From contig CAZUYA010000001.1 in NCBI GenBank assembly GCA_964624685.1, forward strand, positions 7,744 through 71,743: a DNA stretch of 64,000 nt, written 5' to 3'. Of this stretch, positions 18,216 through 28,457 are shown piece after piece. The notes below the pieces were generated by a model, which saw nothing but the letters and a program-made list of their open reading frames with translations, was not told the DNA's origin and did no database searches. How positions within the stretch are numbered: the first letter of the stretch is position 1; every line of letters starts with the position of its first letter. Origin of the DNA: an uncultured Ruminococcus sp. (GTDB lineage Bacteria; Bacillota; Clostridia; Oscillospirales; CAG-272). The position numbers and the translations under genes are program-made.

Positions 18216-19523
18216 ATGAAAAAGACAAAAAGATCCTCCCCCCATGAGTTTCCGTTGCCGGAATTTACCAAGGAAATGAAACAAACGCACAAAATTCTGG
18301 CACCGGATATTTTTCCCGTACATATGGAATTGATCAAGGAAATTTTCGGAATGTATGGATATGATCTGGAAGTTTTGAAAAGCCGCGGAAAACAAGTGAT
18401 TGACAAGGGATTGGAATATATTCACAATGATATGTGTTATCCTGCAGTCTGTGCTTCCGGACAACAGCTCTATGCTTTGACATCCGGAGAATATGATCCG
18501 CATAAATGCGCATTGATTCAGTTTCAAACCGGAGGCGGTTGTCGTGCATCCAACTATATTTGGTTGTTGCGTAAAGCACTCCACAATATGGGAATGGATT
18601 ATGTACCAGTAATCTCCGTGAGCTTTACGGGAATGGAGAAGTCCGGCGGATTCAAGATTACACCAATGATGATTGCCAAGGCAATGGTTGCTATTATTTA
18701 CGGCGATATGCTGATGTTGTTGCGGAATCAAGTGCGTCCGTATGAAGCGCATCCTGGGGATTGTCAACGTGTGATCGATAAATGGTATCGTGAGTTGGGA
18801 GAGCAGTTCAAACACAACAAAGGGCTGTTCGGCAAACATTTTCGCAAGAATTTGCACGAGATTGCCAAGGATTTTCATGCGATTGAACGCTTGGATATTC
18901 AAAAAACAAAAGTCGGGATTGTCGGGGAAATTTATGTCAAATATTCTCCGTTCGGTAACAACGGTTTGGAAGAGTTCCTGGATTCGCAGGACTGTGAATA
19001 TATGGTTCCCGGTGTACTTGGATTCTTTCAATTCTTTTTTGACAATAAACAGACCGATTATCGTTTGTACGGAAAAAGTTTGAAGTCGGCATTGATTTCC
19101 AGGGGGGGGACTTGGCTGACCAATCGCATTGAACGGACTTTTTGTGAAGTGTTGGCAGAGTATCCGGAATTTACCGCTCCGACCTCTTTTTCGCATATTC
19201 GGAAATTGGGGGACAAAATCATCGGACGCGGTGTCAAAATGGGGGAAGGTTGGTTGTTGCCTGCCGAGATTGCCGAGTTGATCGAAAAAGGATACAGCAA
19301 CGTCATTTGTGCACAACCGTTCGGTTGTTTGCCGAATCACATCGTCGGAAAAGGGACGATCCGAACGTTGCGTGAATTGTATCCGAATGCAAATATTTGT
19401 CCGATTGATTATGATGCGGGAGCTTCCAAAGTCAACCAGGAAAATCGGATCAAACTGATGCTGGCATTGGCAAAGGATTCCGCATTTGCATCTGAAAAAG
19501 AGAGCGAGGTGATACCGGTATGA
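18216..19523 (+). CDS. 2-hydroxyacyl-CoA dehydratase / double-cubane-cluster-protein family subunit (HGD-D-like)
   Basis: 435 aa with family-typical Cys motifs: HNDMCYPAVCASGQ, QTGGGCRASNY and CAQPFGCLPNH. ATGA overlap with the following activase gene. Confidence 0.8.
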   Translation: MKKTKRSSPHEFPLPEFTKEMKQTHKILAPDIFPVHMELIKEIFGMYGYDLEVLKSRGKQVIDKGLEYIHNDMCYPAVCASGQQLYALTSGEYDPHKCALIQFQTGGGCRASNYIWLLRKALHNMGMDYVPVISVSFTGMEKSGGFKITPMMIAKAMVAIIYGDMLMLLRNQVRPYEAHPGDCQRVIDKWYRELGEQFKHNKGLFGKHFRKNLHEIAKDFHAIERLDIQKTKVGIVGEIYVKYSPFGNNGLEEFLDSQDCEYMVPGVLGFFQFFFDNKQTDYRLYGKSLKSALISRGGTWLTNRIERTFCEVLAEYPEFTAPTSFSHIRKLGDKIIGRGVKMGEGWLLPAEIAELIEKGYSNVICAQPFGCLPNHIVGKGTIRTLRELYPNANICPIDYDAGASKVNQENRIKLMLALAKDSAFASEKESEVIPV

Positions 19524-22435
19524 AACGGATCGGAGTTGATATTGGTTCAACAACCATCAAATGTGTCGTATTTGATGAGGACGGAAATTTGTTGTATTCC
19601 AGTTATGAGCGGCACAAATCTCGCATATCGGAGAAGATGGCAGAGCTTTTACGTGCGGTGAATGCACGCTTTCCACGTGAAAACATGCTCCTCTCGATTT
19701 CCGGTTCTGCCGGGATGGGGATGGCGAACGATATGGAGCTTCCGTTTGTACAGGAAGTGTATGCGACTCGTTTGGCAGTCAAAGAGCGGTTTCCGGATAC
19801 GGACACCGTGATTGAGTTGGGAGGCGAGGATGCAAAAATTTTGTTTCTGACCGACGGATTGGAAGTTCGTATGAACGGAACATGCGCCGGCGGTACGGGA
19901 GCTTTCATTGATCAAATGGCTGAGCTGATGAGCGTACAGCCCGATGCAATGAACGCTTTGGCGGAACAAAAGGAAAAAATCTATACGATTGCTTCTCGTT
20001 GCGGTGTGTTTGCAAAATCCGATGTTCAACCGTTGCTCAATCAGGGGGCAAAAAAAGAGGATATTGCGGCAAGTATTTTTTATGCCGTTGTCAATCAAAC
20101 CGTTGCGGGATTGGCACAAGGCAGACAGATCGAGGGAAATGTGCTCTATTTGGGAGGTCCTTTGACTTTCTTCAACTGTTTACGAGAAGCGTTTGACGAT
20201 GTATTGAAAGTGAAGGGTGTTTGCCCGGAAAATTCTTTGTATTTTGTTGCGATCGGTGCGGCATATTCAACCGGTTCCAAAGCTTTTGACCTTTTGGAAT
20301 TGGCAGAACGTGCAGAACATTATTCTTCCTCTCACGGATACCTCGGGTGTGCGCCGCTGTTTGCTTCCCAAGAAGAATTCTATCAATTTACCAAACGGCA
20401 TGAGGCTGATTCGGCGGGGATTCGCACATTGACCGAACCTTCCGGGGAGATGTATTTGGGAATTGATGCCGGTTCCACTACGGTTAAGGCTGTTCTTTGT
20501 GATGCGGATGGAAACTTGTTTCGGATGCTTTACACGCCCAACAGCGGCAATCCCGTACCTTTGATCCAAAATTATTTGCAAGAGCTTTACCGTGATTACC
20601 CGGATATTCATATTGCGAGTGCGGCTGTGACAGGATATGGCGAGCAAATTATTCGAAGTGCGTTCCACATTGATCACGGAGTTGTGGAGACGATTGCGCA
20701 TTATACGGCAGCGAAGCACTTTTGTCCGGATGTTGATTTTATTCTGGATATTGGCGGGCAGGACATTAAATGTTTCCGGATTAAAAACGGTGCCATCGAC
20801 AATATCTTTCTGAATGAAGCTTGTTCCTCCGGATGCGGTTCGTTTTTGCAAACGTTTGCGGGTGTATTGGGATATTCCATGAAAGAATTTGCGCAACTTG
20901 CTTTGTTTGCCGATGCACCGGTTGATCTCGGCTCTCGGTGCACCGTTTTTATGAACAGTTCGGTCAAGCAAGCGCAAAAGGACGGTGCCGGTATTGAAAA
21001 TATCTCAGCCGGTCTTTCGATCAGTGTTGTAAAGAATGCTTTGTATAAGGTGATTCGTTGTGTGGATCCGACGCATCTCGGTCAAAAAATTGTCGTACAG
21101 GGCGGGACATTTCTCAATGATGCTGTCTTGCGTGCGTTTGAGCAGGAGACTGGGCGTGAAGTTTTGCGTCCGTCGGTTGCGGGATTGATGGGGGCATACG
21201 GAGCGGCTTTGTATGCAATGGCGCATACGTCGGCAGGCAATCGGAGCCGTGTGATCGGAGCCGAGGAGTTGGCGGTATTTCAGCACTCGGTGCAAGCTGT
21301 GACTTGCAAAGGATGCAGCAATCACTGCCGTTTGACCGTGAATACTTTTTCATCCGGAGAAAAATATATTGCCGGTAATCGTTGCGAAAAACCTTTGGCA
21401 ATCAAATCGGAACAGAAAAAATACGACCTGTATGAATACAAACTGTCATTGCTATCCGAATATCGAAAAAATGTGCGTGAAGAGGGCAAACAGACAGTCG
21501 GGATGCCGATGGGATTGAATCTGTATGAGTTACTTCCTTTTTGGTACACGTTGTTTACGGAGTTGGGATATAATGTGGTGGTGTCCGGGGATTCCAATCA
21601 CCGATTGTATGTCAGTGGGCAACACACGATTCCGTCGGATACAGTTTGTTATCCCGCCAAGCTCTTACACGGACACATGGAGGATCTGTTTCATAGGAAC
21701 GTCGATCTGATTTTTTATCCCAGCATGACCTATAATTTGGATGAACATTTGGGAGAAAATCATTATAATTGTCCCGTTGTCGCCTACTATCCCAAAGTGA
21801 TTCAGAATAATGTGCGTTTCCCGGATTCTGTGGGGTATATCAATGGGTTTATCGGGTTACACAATCCGAAATTGTTTGTCAAGTATTTTATCCGCATGAT
21901 GGAAGATTATGATATTCATCCGGACCCGGCGAAGGTAAAGCGTGCCGCTTCTGCTGCATATGCGGCTTACAACGCCTATATGCAAAAGGTGCGGGATAAA
22001 GCAGATGAATATTTGGAACTTGCCAAGCGTGAGGATCGGCAAGTGATCGTATTGGCGGGAAGACCTTACCATATGGATCCGGAGATCAATCACGGCATCA
22101 ATCGGTTGCTGACCGATATGGGAGCGGTCGTCGTAACCGAGGATTCGGTTTGTCATCGTGCCGAGAATTTCCGCACAACGGTGTTGAATCAGTGGACATA
22201 TCATTCCCGTTTGTACAATGCGGCAAAATTTGTTTGTGAATGCCAAGATCAAAAAATCAATTTGGTTCAGTTGGTTTCGTTCGGATGCGGTGTGGACGCG
22301 GTTACGACCGACGAAACAAGGGCGATTATCGAGAGCGCCGGAAAACTCTACACACAGATCAAGATTGATGAAATTACCAATTTGGGTGCTGTAAAAATTC
22401 GGTTGCGCAGTCTCTTTGCGGTATTGGATCATTAA
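19520..22435 (+). CDS. CoA-substrate-specific enzyme activase: two BcrAD/BadFG ATPase modules fused to a dehydratase-like domain
   Basis: Two ASKHA phosphate-1 motifs (GVDIGSTTIKCVVFD and GIDAGSTTVKAVLCD). Cluster-ligand contexts are TCAGGTGAF / SRCGVF and ACSSGCGSF / SRCTVF. A Cys-rich linker CKGCSNHC is present. The C-terminal domain has SDTVCYPAKLLHGH and SFGCGVDA. Confidence 0.85.
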   Translation: MKRIGVDIGSTTIKCVVFDEDGNLLYSSYERHKSRISEKMAELLRAVNARFPRENMLLSISGSAGMGMANDMELPFVQEVYATRLAVKERFPDTDTVIELGGEDAKILFLTDGLEVRMNGTCAGGTGAFIDQMAELMSVQPDAMNALAEQKEKIYTIASRCGVFAKSDVQPLLNQGAKKEDIAASIFYAVVNQTVAGLAQGRQIEGNVLYLGGPLTFFNCLREAFDDVLKVKGVCPENSLYFVAIGAAYSTGSKAFDLLELAERAEHYSSSHGYLGCAPLFASQEEFYQFTKRHEADSAGIRTLTEPSGEMYLGIDAGSTTVKAVLCDADGNLFRMLYTPNSGNPVPLIQNYLQELYRDYPDIHIASAAVTGYGEQIIRSAFHIDHGVVETIAHYTAAKHFCPDVDFILDIGGQDIKCFRIKNGAIDNIFLNEACSSGCGSFLQTFAGVLGYSMKEFAQLALFADAPVDLGSRCTVFMNSSVKQAQKDGAGIENISAGLSISVVKNALYKVIRCVDPTHLGQKIVVQGGTFLNDAVLRAFEQETGREVLRPSVAGLMGAYGAALYAMAHTSAGNRSRVIGAEELAVFQHSVQAVTCKGCSNHCRLTVNTFSSGEKYIAGNRCEKPLAIKSEQKKYDLYEYKLSLLSEYRKNVREEGKQTVGMPMGLNLYELLPFWYTLFTELGYNVVVSGDSNHRLYVSGQHTIPSDTVCYPAKLLHGHMEDLFHRNVDLIFYPSMTYNLDEHLGENHYNCPVVAYYPKVIQNNVRFPDSVGYINGFIGLHNPKLFVKYFIRMMEDYDIHPDPAKVKRAASAAYAAYNAYMQKVRDKADEYLELAKREDRQVIVLAGRPYHMDPEINHGINRLLTDMGAVVVTEDSVCHRAENFRTTVLNQWTYHSRLYNAAKFVCECQDQKINLVQLVSFGCGVDAVTTDETRAIIESAGKLYTQIKIDEITNLGAVKIRLRSLFAVLDH

Positions 22436-22452
22436 AAGAAAGGAACAGATAT

Positions 22453-23085
22453 ATGACGTTTATCATTCTTTGTATTGTTTCGGCGGTCAGTGCATATCTG
22501 GTCGGAGGGATTAACGGTGCAATCATTTTGTCCCGTTTGGTCTATCATGAGGATATTCGCAAGTTGGGAAGCGGAAATCCCGGTTTTACAAATTTCAAAC
22601 GGGTTCACGGATTTTGCCCCGCCACATTTGCGGCAATGGCGATTGATATTTTGAAAACAATCATCCCTGTTTTGACTTTCCGAATTCTGTTTGGAGAGTT
22701 GTGCGATGAGGCACAGTTCGGTGCAACTTTTACCTTGTTATGTTGTATGATCGGACATTGCTTTCCTGTGTGGTATAAATTTCGCGGTGGGAAGGCTGTC
22801 ATGGCATATCTTTCCGGAATTTGGTTTGTGGATTGGCGCATGGGATTGATTTGCTTCGGATTGTTTGTTTTACTTCTTTTGACGATTCGGTATATGTCTT
22901 TGGCGTCTATCTCGTTTGCTTTTTCTTCTCCCATCGTGTTGGCGATTTTGGGATGTGACGGTTGGAAGGTGATGACAACATCTGTGATTCTTTCGGCACT
23001 GGTAATTGTTCGACATCGGCAAAATATTGTTCGTCTGTTCCATGGGACGGAATCAAAATTTACTTTGAAAAATAAGAAAGCGTGA
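22453..23085 (+). CDS. plsY: Acyl-phosphate:glycerol-3-phosphate acyltransferase PlsY
   Basis: 210 aa, polytopic. Has the motifs GSGNPGFTNFKR and FRGGKAV. Confidence 0.93.
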   Translation: MTFIILCIVSAVSAYLVGGINGAIILSRLVYHEDIRKLGSGNPGFTNFKRVHGFCPATFAAMAIDILKTIIPVLTFRILFGELCDEAQFGATFTLLCCMIGHCFPVWYKFRGGKAVMAYLSGIWFVDWRMGLICFGLFVLLLLTIRYMSLASISFAFSSPIVLAILGCDGWKVMTTSVILSALVIVRHRQNIVRLFHGTESKFTLKNKKA

Positions 23086-23111
23086 TCGTCGTCGGTTCGA
23101 CGTTGAAGCGC

Positions 23112-23157
23112 AAAAATCGTTCCGACTTCGGTGAAAATCGAAGTCGGAACGATTTTT
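23112..23157. terminator. Bidirectional terminator between plsY and the spoVB-like gene
   Basis: A 19-bp perfect stem pairs aaaaatcgttccgacttcg with cgaagtcggaacgattttt. Confidence 0.85.
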
Positions 23158-23174
23158 GCACAGGTTCCGGTTTT

Positions 23175-24731
23175 CTAAGACCGTTTGGGTGTCAAAATTG
23201 TACCGATCCAGTGCAAATCTTCTTTTTTTACGGCACCCGTCAGAAGTAAAAAGATGAAATACAGACAAACGGCGAAGAGACAGTGAACCACAATGGCAAT
23301 GCCGCCGTCGGAGATGTGCAGAGCGGTCAGTGAAAAAATTCCTCGCGCGACGTAGGTGGCTCCGACAATACAGATCAACGGTTTGTAAATCCATTTGAAA
23401 AGTCGGACGGGAGCTTGGCTGATGTTGAGCAGATGTGTGATGCTGCACACCGTGTTAAATAATTCCGAAAAATAAATGCTGAACAGGTAGCCGTTGATTC
23501 CGTATTGCGGAATCAATACCCAAACCAGGATCACGGAAAGAAGAGCGTCCATGACATTGATCTTCATGGAGTAGACTTGTTCGCCAAGTCCTTTCATCAT
23601 GGCATCCGTTGCAGTGTCCACGTACATGACAGGGATTAATGGTGCCAAGATGCGGATATAGTTTCCGGCGTCGGTATGAGGGTACAGTGCTTCTCCGATT
23701 TCAAAGGAAAAGCAACATAGGATTCCCGCAACGCCGATGGAAAAGATCATGGAAAGTGCCCATACTCGCGAGATCATATAACGAATGTGCCGATTGGAAT
23801 TTTGTACTGCCGCTTCGGCAAGTTCCGGAACAAGCAAACCGGAAAAGGAAGAAATGAGGGCGGCGGGGTATAAAATGACCGGCATTGCCATGCTGTGAAT
23901 GTTGCCGTAAGCGATGAGTGCATCGGCATGTGTGCTGCCGCTGTTTCGAAGCCCTTCCGGGATGAGGATGTGTTGCAGGGTGACCAGACCGGAACGAATA
24001 TATGCGGTTACGGCGATCGGAATCGTAATTTTTAACAACTTTTTGCCTTCCTTACGTCCGTTGTCATGATCGTTCTGATGGAAATGTTTTTTTCGATCCT
24101 GTAAATAGAGCAACAGTTCCAAAAGGAAGGAGCCTACTTCGGCAAGCACGCCTCCGAGTACCAAAGCGCAACAGGTGTTCTCCACGCTGCCGGCGTAAAC
24201 GGCTGATAACAGACGCATTGTAATACCGATTTTCAAACTCTGTTCCGTTACCTGCACGGCGGCACTTTTATACGGTCGGCGAACTGCATTAAAATAGCCG
24301 CCCCATGCCGAGGAAAGTGAAATGAGCGGCAATGTAATACCGAGTAAACGAAGGGAGGAGACGGTGCGACTGTCTTTGAGCCATTCGTTGCCGATGACAT
24401 CGGCAAAAGCAAAGAGCAAAAACGAAGCGAAGATGCCGAATCCAAATGCGTAGCAGGTCGCGCGACGCATAGCCGGTGCAACACGATTGGAGCGGTGCGA
24501 TCCGATTGCGTCAACCACCACTCGTGTAACTCCCAGATGAATGCCGGACGTTGCCAGCGTCAGCGCAAAGCCGTAAACGCCGGACAGCAGAGAGAATAAT
24601 CCCATGGTTTCGGCTCCGGCACGATTGGAGATGTAGACTTGAAAGCTTACACCGACCGTGCGCATGAAAAGGGAGGCGACGGTCAAGAGTATTGCATTCC
24701 AAAACAATTGTTTCGCATGAGGTTTCATCAT
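23175..24731 (-). CDS. spoVB: MOP-superfamily flippase, stage V sporulation protein B-like
   Basis: 518 aa with about 14 TM segments. The N-terminus (FMRTVGVSFQVYISNRAGAETMGLFSLLSGVYGF) is typical of SpoVB/MurJ-type proteins. Confidence 0.7.
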   Translation of the reverse strand: MMKPHAKQLFWNAILLTVASLFMRTVGVSFQVYISNRAGAETMGLFSLLSGVYGFALTLATSGIHLGVTRVVVDAIGSHRSNRVAPAMRRATCYAFGFGIFASFLLFAFADVIGNEWLKDSRTVSSLRLLGITLPLISLSSAWGGYFNAVRRPYKSAAVQVTEQSLKIGITMRLLSAVYAGSVENTCCALVLGGVLAEVGSFLLELLLYLQDRKKHFHQNDHDNGRKEGKKLLKITIPIAVTAYIRSGLVTLQHILIPEGLRNSGSTHADALIAYGNIHSMAMPVILYPAALISSFSGLLVPELAEAAVQNSNRHIRYMISRVWALSMIFSIGVAGILCCFSFEIGEALYPHTDAGNYIRILAPLIPVMYVDTATDAMMKGLGEQVYSMKINVMDALLSVILVWVLIPQYGINGYLFSIYFSELFNTVCSITHLLNISQAPVRLFKWIYKPLICIVGATYVARGIFSLTALHISDGGIAIVVHCLFAVCLYFIFLLLTGAVKKEDLHWIGTILTPKRS

Positions 24732-24936
24732 TGATACCTTTGTTCGCGGTGCGAAAGGATCCTTTCCTATCAGATCAGTAAAACGGTGATAAACAACGGG
24801 TTTGGAGGGACCGAATGAATTCCCCGACCGTGTGGTTTATTCTATGTGAAGTTGAAAAAGATTATTTTCAATTTGTGTCAAATTGTTTCAAAAATAAAAA
24901 AATACAAAAAATATGAAATCTTTTTCTGTTTTTCTA

Positions 24937-24965
24937 TTGACAAAATGCGTATTGTGCTATATGAT
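24937..24965 (+). promoter_or_regulatory. Sigma-A promoter of rubredoxin
   Basis: TTGACA (24937-24942), a 17-nt spacer, then TATGAT (24960-24965). Confidence 0.6.
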
Positions 24966-25016
24966 ATATAATGCAAAAACCAAGATGCAAATACATAGGA
25001 AAAGGAGAAGTTGCAT

Positions 25017-25199
25017 ATGCTGATTCATATTTGTGAATTATGCGGTTACGAGTACAACCCAAAGGAAGGAGATCCGGACAACGGAATTGAGGAAAATACC
25101 GACTTTGAAGATTTGCCCGAAAGTTGGGTATGCCCGTTGTGCGGTGCATCCAAAGACGATTTCGGTGCCGAAGAAAGAAACGACGAAGAAGTTTATTGA
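25017..25199 (+). CDS. rub: Rubredoxin
   Basis: 60 aa with two CxxCG knuckles (CELCGY and CPLCGA). AAAGGAG RBS 9 nt upstream of ATG 25017. Confidence 0.93.
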   Translation: MLIHICELCGYEYNPKEGDPDNGIEENTDFEDLPESWVCPLCGASKDDFGAEERNDEEVY

Positions 25200-25211
25200 A
25201 TGATTCCTTTG

Positions 25212-25240
25212 GGCGGAAGAGTGATCTTCCGCTTTTTTTA
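25212..25240 (+). terminator. Rho-independent terminator after rubredoxin
   Basis: Stem gcggaag/cttccgc followed by T7. Confidence 0.75.
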
Positions 25241-25337
25241 TTTGTTTACGGAGGTCGTTTTTCATTAAAACCACTTTACAAAAATGATCTTTTATGGTAT
25301 AATCATTCTATACAGAAGTTGAAAGGGGATTGGCATC

Positions 25338-26045
25338 GTGCGATTGGATAAAATGCTTTCGGAATGCGGTATTGCCAGCCGAAAAGAAATTGCCCGTGCC
25401 GTCCGCGCAGGACAGGTAACGATGAACGGAATCACGGTGCAACGTTCGGATGTACAAGTGGATCCGAATGTCGATGCGGTGATTTACGGCGGCAGTCCCG
25501 TTCGTTACCGAAAGTATGTATATATCATGCTGAATAAACCGGATGGTTATGTCAGCGCAACGGATGGCGGCGGTTACGGGGACGAACGGGTTGTTACGGA
25601 GTTGTTGCCGGAAGAATATCGCAAAATGGGGGTTTTTCCGTGTGGACGATTGGATAAGCATACGGTCGGGTTGATGTTGTTGACCAATGACGGATCACTG
25701 TCCCATCGGTTGCTTTCGCCGAAAAATCACGTTGCAAAAAGGTATGCTTTTTCCGTTAAATTTCCGATGTCCTCCTCGGATGTCGAACAACTTCAGGCAG
25801 GTGTCGATATCGGAGGATATGTGACAAAACCGTGTACGGTTTCAATGTCGTCGGAAAAAGAGGGAACGATCACGATCACCGAAGGGAAGTATCATCAGAT
25901 CAAACTGATGATGGGTGTTGTCCACAACCAAGTGGTTTCTTTGGAGCGTCGTACATTCGGTCCTCTGATGTTGGATCCCAGTTTGCCGCGCGGAGCGTGG
26001 CGTGAGTTGACCGACTCCGAGCGACAAGAACTGATGATTGTGTGA
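25338..26045 (+). CDS. rsuA: Pseudouridine synthase with S4 domain (RsuA/RluB family)
   Basis: GTG start with a GAAAGGGGA RBS. N-terminal S4 motif MRLDKMLSECGIASRKE. The catalytic GRLDKHTVGLMLLTNDG contains the conserved Asp. Confidence 0.9.
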   Translation: MRLDKMLSECGIASRKEIARAVRAGQVTMNGITVQRSDVQVDPNVDAVIYGGSPVRYRKYVYIMLNKPDGYVSATDGGGYGDERVVTELLPEEYRKMGVFPCGRLDKHTVGLMLLTNDGSLSHRLLSPKNHVAKRYAFSVKFPMSSSDVEQLQAGVDIGGYVTKPCTVSMSSEKEGTITITEGKYHQIKLMMGVVHNQVVSLERRTFGPLMLDPSLPRGAWRELTDSERQELMIV

Positions 26046-26079
26046 TTTTTATTTTTTGTTTTGCAGGAAAGGATTTTTT

Positions 26080-28248
26080 ATGTCAATCAATATTAACGAG
26101 ACTTTGGCGAATGAATTTCAATTAAAAGTTGAACAAGTGGAAAAAACTGTTGCTTTGATCGATGAGGGGAATACGATTCCGTTCATTGCACGCTACCGTA
26201 AAGAGGTAACGGGAAGTTTGGATGATACCGTTTTGCGTGATTTGAACGATCGCCTGAATTTTTTGCGTAACATCGAAAAGAGGCGGCAAGAGGTTTTCGA
26301 TCTGATTTCGGCGCAAGAGAAAATGACTCCGGAGATCGAGGAGGCAATTGCCGCGGCAAAGACCATTACGGAGATTGACGATATTTATCGTCCGTTCCGC
26401 CCGCATCGAAAAACACGTGCATCCGTGGCGCGCGAAAAGGGACTGGAGCCTTTGGCGGAGCTGATCTATGCGCAAGAACCGGTCTATGAGCCTTCCATTG
26501 AAGAACAAGCGGCATCGTACATCGACGAGGAGAAGGGAGTTGCCAATGTTGAAGAGGCATTGCAGGGGGCGCGTGACATCATTGCCGAGAACGTTTCCGA
26601 CAACGCCGAATTCCGTAAGGAATTGCGCCGATTGACTTTTGAGTTCGGTACACTTTCATCTAAGCAAGCCAAAGAGGAAGATTCGGTTTACGCACAATAT
26701 TACGACTATGCCGAGGCACTCAAAAAGGTGTTGCCGCACCGTGTACTTGCCTTGAATCGAGGCGAAAAAGAAGAGTTTTTGAAAGTCAATATTTCGGTGG
26801 CGACCGATATTGTATTCCGGTATCTTTTTTCACAAACCATTCGCGGGAACCACAGTCCTGCCGAATCTTATGTATCGGAGGCGGTTGTTGACAGTTATGA
26901 GCGATTGATCGCTCCTTCCATCGAACGTGAGATCCGCAGTGATATTTTTGATCAAGCGTGCGAAGGTGCAATCAAAGTTTTTGCCGATAATTTGAGTCAT
27001 TTATTGATGCAATCCCCCTTGAAAGGGAAGACCGTATTGGGATTTGATCCCGGCTATGCGCATGGTTGTAAGCTTGCGGTGGTCGATAAGACCGGTAAAG
27101 TAGTGGATACGGCGGTGATCTATCCGGTCAAACCGCGGGAAGAGATCGAAAAAAGCAAGGCGATTGTAAAACGATTGATTACCAAGCATCATGTGGATGT
27201 GATTGCGATCGGAAACGGAACCGCTTCTAAAGAGAGTGAAATCTTCATTGCGACTCTCCTCAAAGAGATTCCGGAAGATGTTAAGTATATCGTAGTCAGT
27301 GAGGCGGGAGCATCCATTTATTCCGCGTCCAAATTGGCGGCGGAAGAATTTCCGGAGTTTGATGTGATGCAACGGAGTGCGGTTTCCATTGCAAGACGTT
27401 TGCAGGATCCGCTGGCTGAGTTGATTAAAATCGATCCGAAGGGAATCGGTGTCGGGCAATATCAGCACGATATGAAGCAGGCGCGTTTGGATGAAGCTTT
27501 GGGAGGCGTTGTGGAGGATTGCGTCAATGCCGTCGGTGTGGATTTGAATACCGCATCTTACTCGTTGTTATCTTATATATCCGGAATCAATATCACCTCT
27601 GCCAGAAATATTGTGAAATATCGTGAGGAGAACGGAGAGTTTTCCAACCGCGCCCAATTGCTGAAAGTGCCGCGCATCGGTGCCAAAGCATATGAGCAGG
27701 CAGCCGGCTTTTTACGTGTTCCGGGCGGAAAAGAAATTTTTGATAATACCGGTGTGCATCCGGAATCTTATGAGGCGGCAGCCGCTTTGTTGGAATTGTT
27801 CGGTTATACAAAGACCGATGTGGCGAACGGTGCTTTGACGGCATTGGGCGAACAAGTGCAAAAAGCGGGTGCGGTCAAAGTCGCAGAGCAATTGGGCATC
27901 GGGATTCCGACCTTAAAGGATATTGTATCCGAATTGGAAAACCCCAGACGTGATATTCGCGACACATTGCCTCCGCCTGTTTTGCGCGACGATATTTTAT
28001 CTTTGGAAGATTTGAAACCGGATATGGAATTGACGGGGACCGTGCGCAATGTGATCGATTTCGGTGCATTTGTCGATATTGGTGTCCACCAGGACGGATT
28101 GGTACACATTTCTCAACTGTCCGATCGGTTTGTAAAGCATCCTTCCGATGTGGTCAAAGTGGGGGATATCGTCAAAGTGCGTGTATTAAGCGTGGATGTC
28201 TCCAAAAAACGGATTGCATTGACGATGCGTCAGTTCTCTAAAGCGTAA
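26080..28248 (+). CDS. tex: Tex family transcription accessory protein (YqgF/HhH/S1 domains)
   Basis: N-terminus IDEGNTIPFIARYRKE, with a C-terminal S1 domain (GTVRNVIDFGAFVDIG...GDIVKVRVLSVD). About 722 aa from ATG 26080. Confidence 0.93.
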   Translation: MSININETLANEFQLKVEQVEKTVALIDEGNTIPFIARYRKEVTGSLDDTVLRDLNDRLNFLRNIEKRRQEVFDLISAQEKMTPEIEEAIAAAKTITEIDDIYRPFRPHRKTRASVAREKGLEPLAELIYAQEPVYEPSIEEQAASYIDEEKGVANVEEALQGARDIIAENVSDNAEFRKELRRLTFEFGTLSSKQAKEEDSVYAQYYDYAEALKKVLPHRVLALNRGEKEEFLKVNISVATDIVFRYLFSQTIRGNHSPAESYVSEAVVDSYERLIAPSIEREIRSDIFDQACEGAIKVFADNLSHLLMQSPLKGKTVLGFDPGYAHGCKLAVVDKTGKVVDTAVIYPVKPREEIEKSKAIVKRLITKHHVDVIAIGNGTASKESEIFIATLLKEIPEDVKYIVVSEAGASIYSASKLAAEEFPEFDVMQRSAVSIARRLQDPLAELIKIDPKGIGVGQYQHDMKQARLDEALGGVVEDCVNAVGVDLNTASYSLLSYISGINITSARNIVKYREENGEFSNRAQLLKVPRIGAKAYEQAAGFLRVPGGKEIFDNTGVHPESYEAAAALLELFGYTKTDVANGALTALGEQVQKAGAVKVAEQLGIGIPTLKDIVSELENPRRDIRDTLPPPVLRDDILSLEDLKPDMELTGTVRNVIDFGAFVDIGVHQDGLVHISQLSDRFVKHPSDVVKVGDIVKVRVLSVDVSKKRIALTMRQFSKA

Positions 28249-28394
28249 ATTTGAGTACTTATTTTAATATATTAAAATCAAAAGTTTTGCTGTTTTTCGT
28301 TTTGTTCACAAATTGGCGGAGTGATTTGTGTAAAATACACAAATATCAAAGCAAAATTTTGGGCAAATAACCTCTTCCATTTTTGAAGAAAATA

Positions 28395-28403
28395 TGGTAC
28401 AAT
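28395..28403 (+). promoter_or_regulatory. Extended -10 promoter element upstream of the ABC ATPase gene
   Basis: TGgTACAAT at 28395-28403, about 55 nt upstream of the start codon. No good -35 element. Confidence 0.4.
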
Positions 28404-28457
28404 ATGTTATACTGAAAAAATAATGCTCCGCGGCGGAGCAACAGGAGGAATGAGAGA

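Noticed and set aside
18204-19553. 449-aa ORF on the minus strand
   Set aside because: It is entirely antisense to the HGD-D-like gene, whose + strand product carries conserved Cys motifs. The minus-strand product is low-complexity with no recognisable motif, so it is a shadow ORF.
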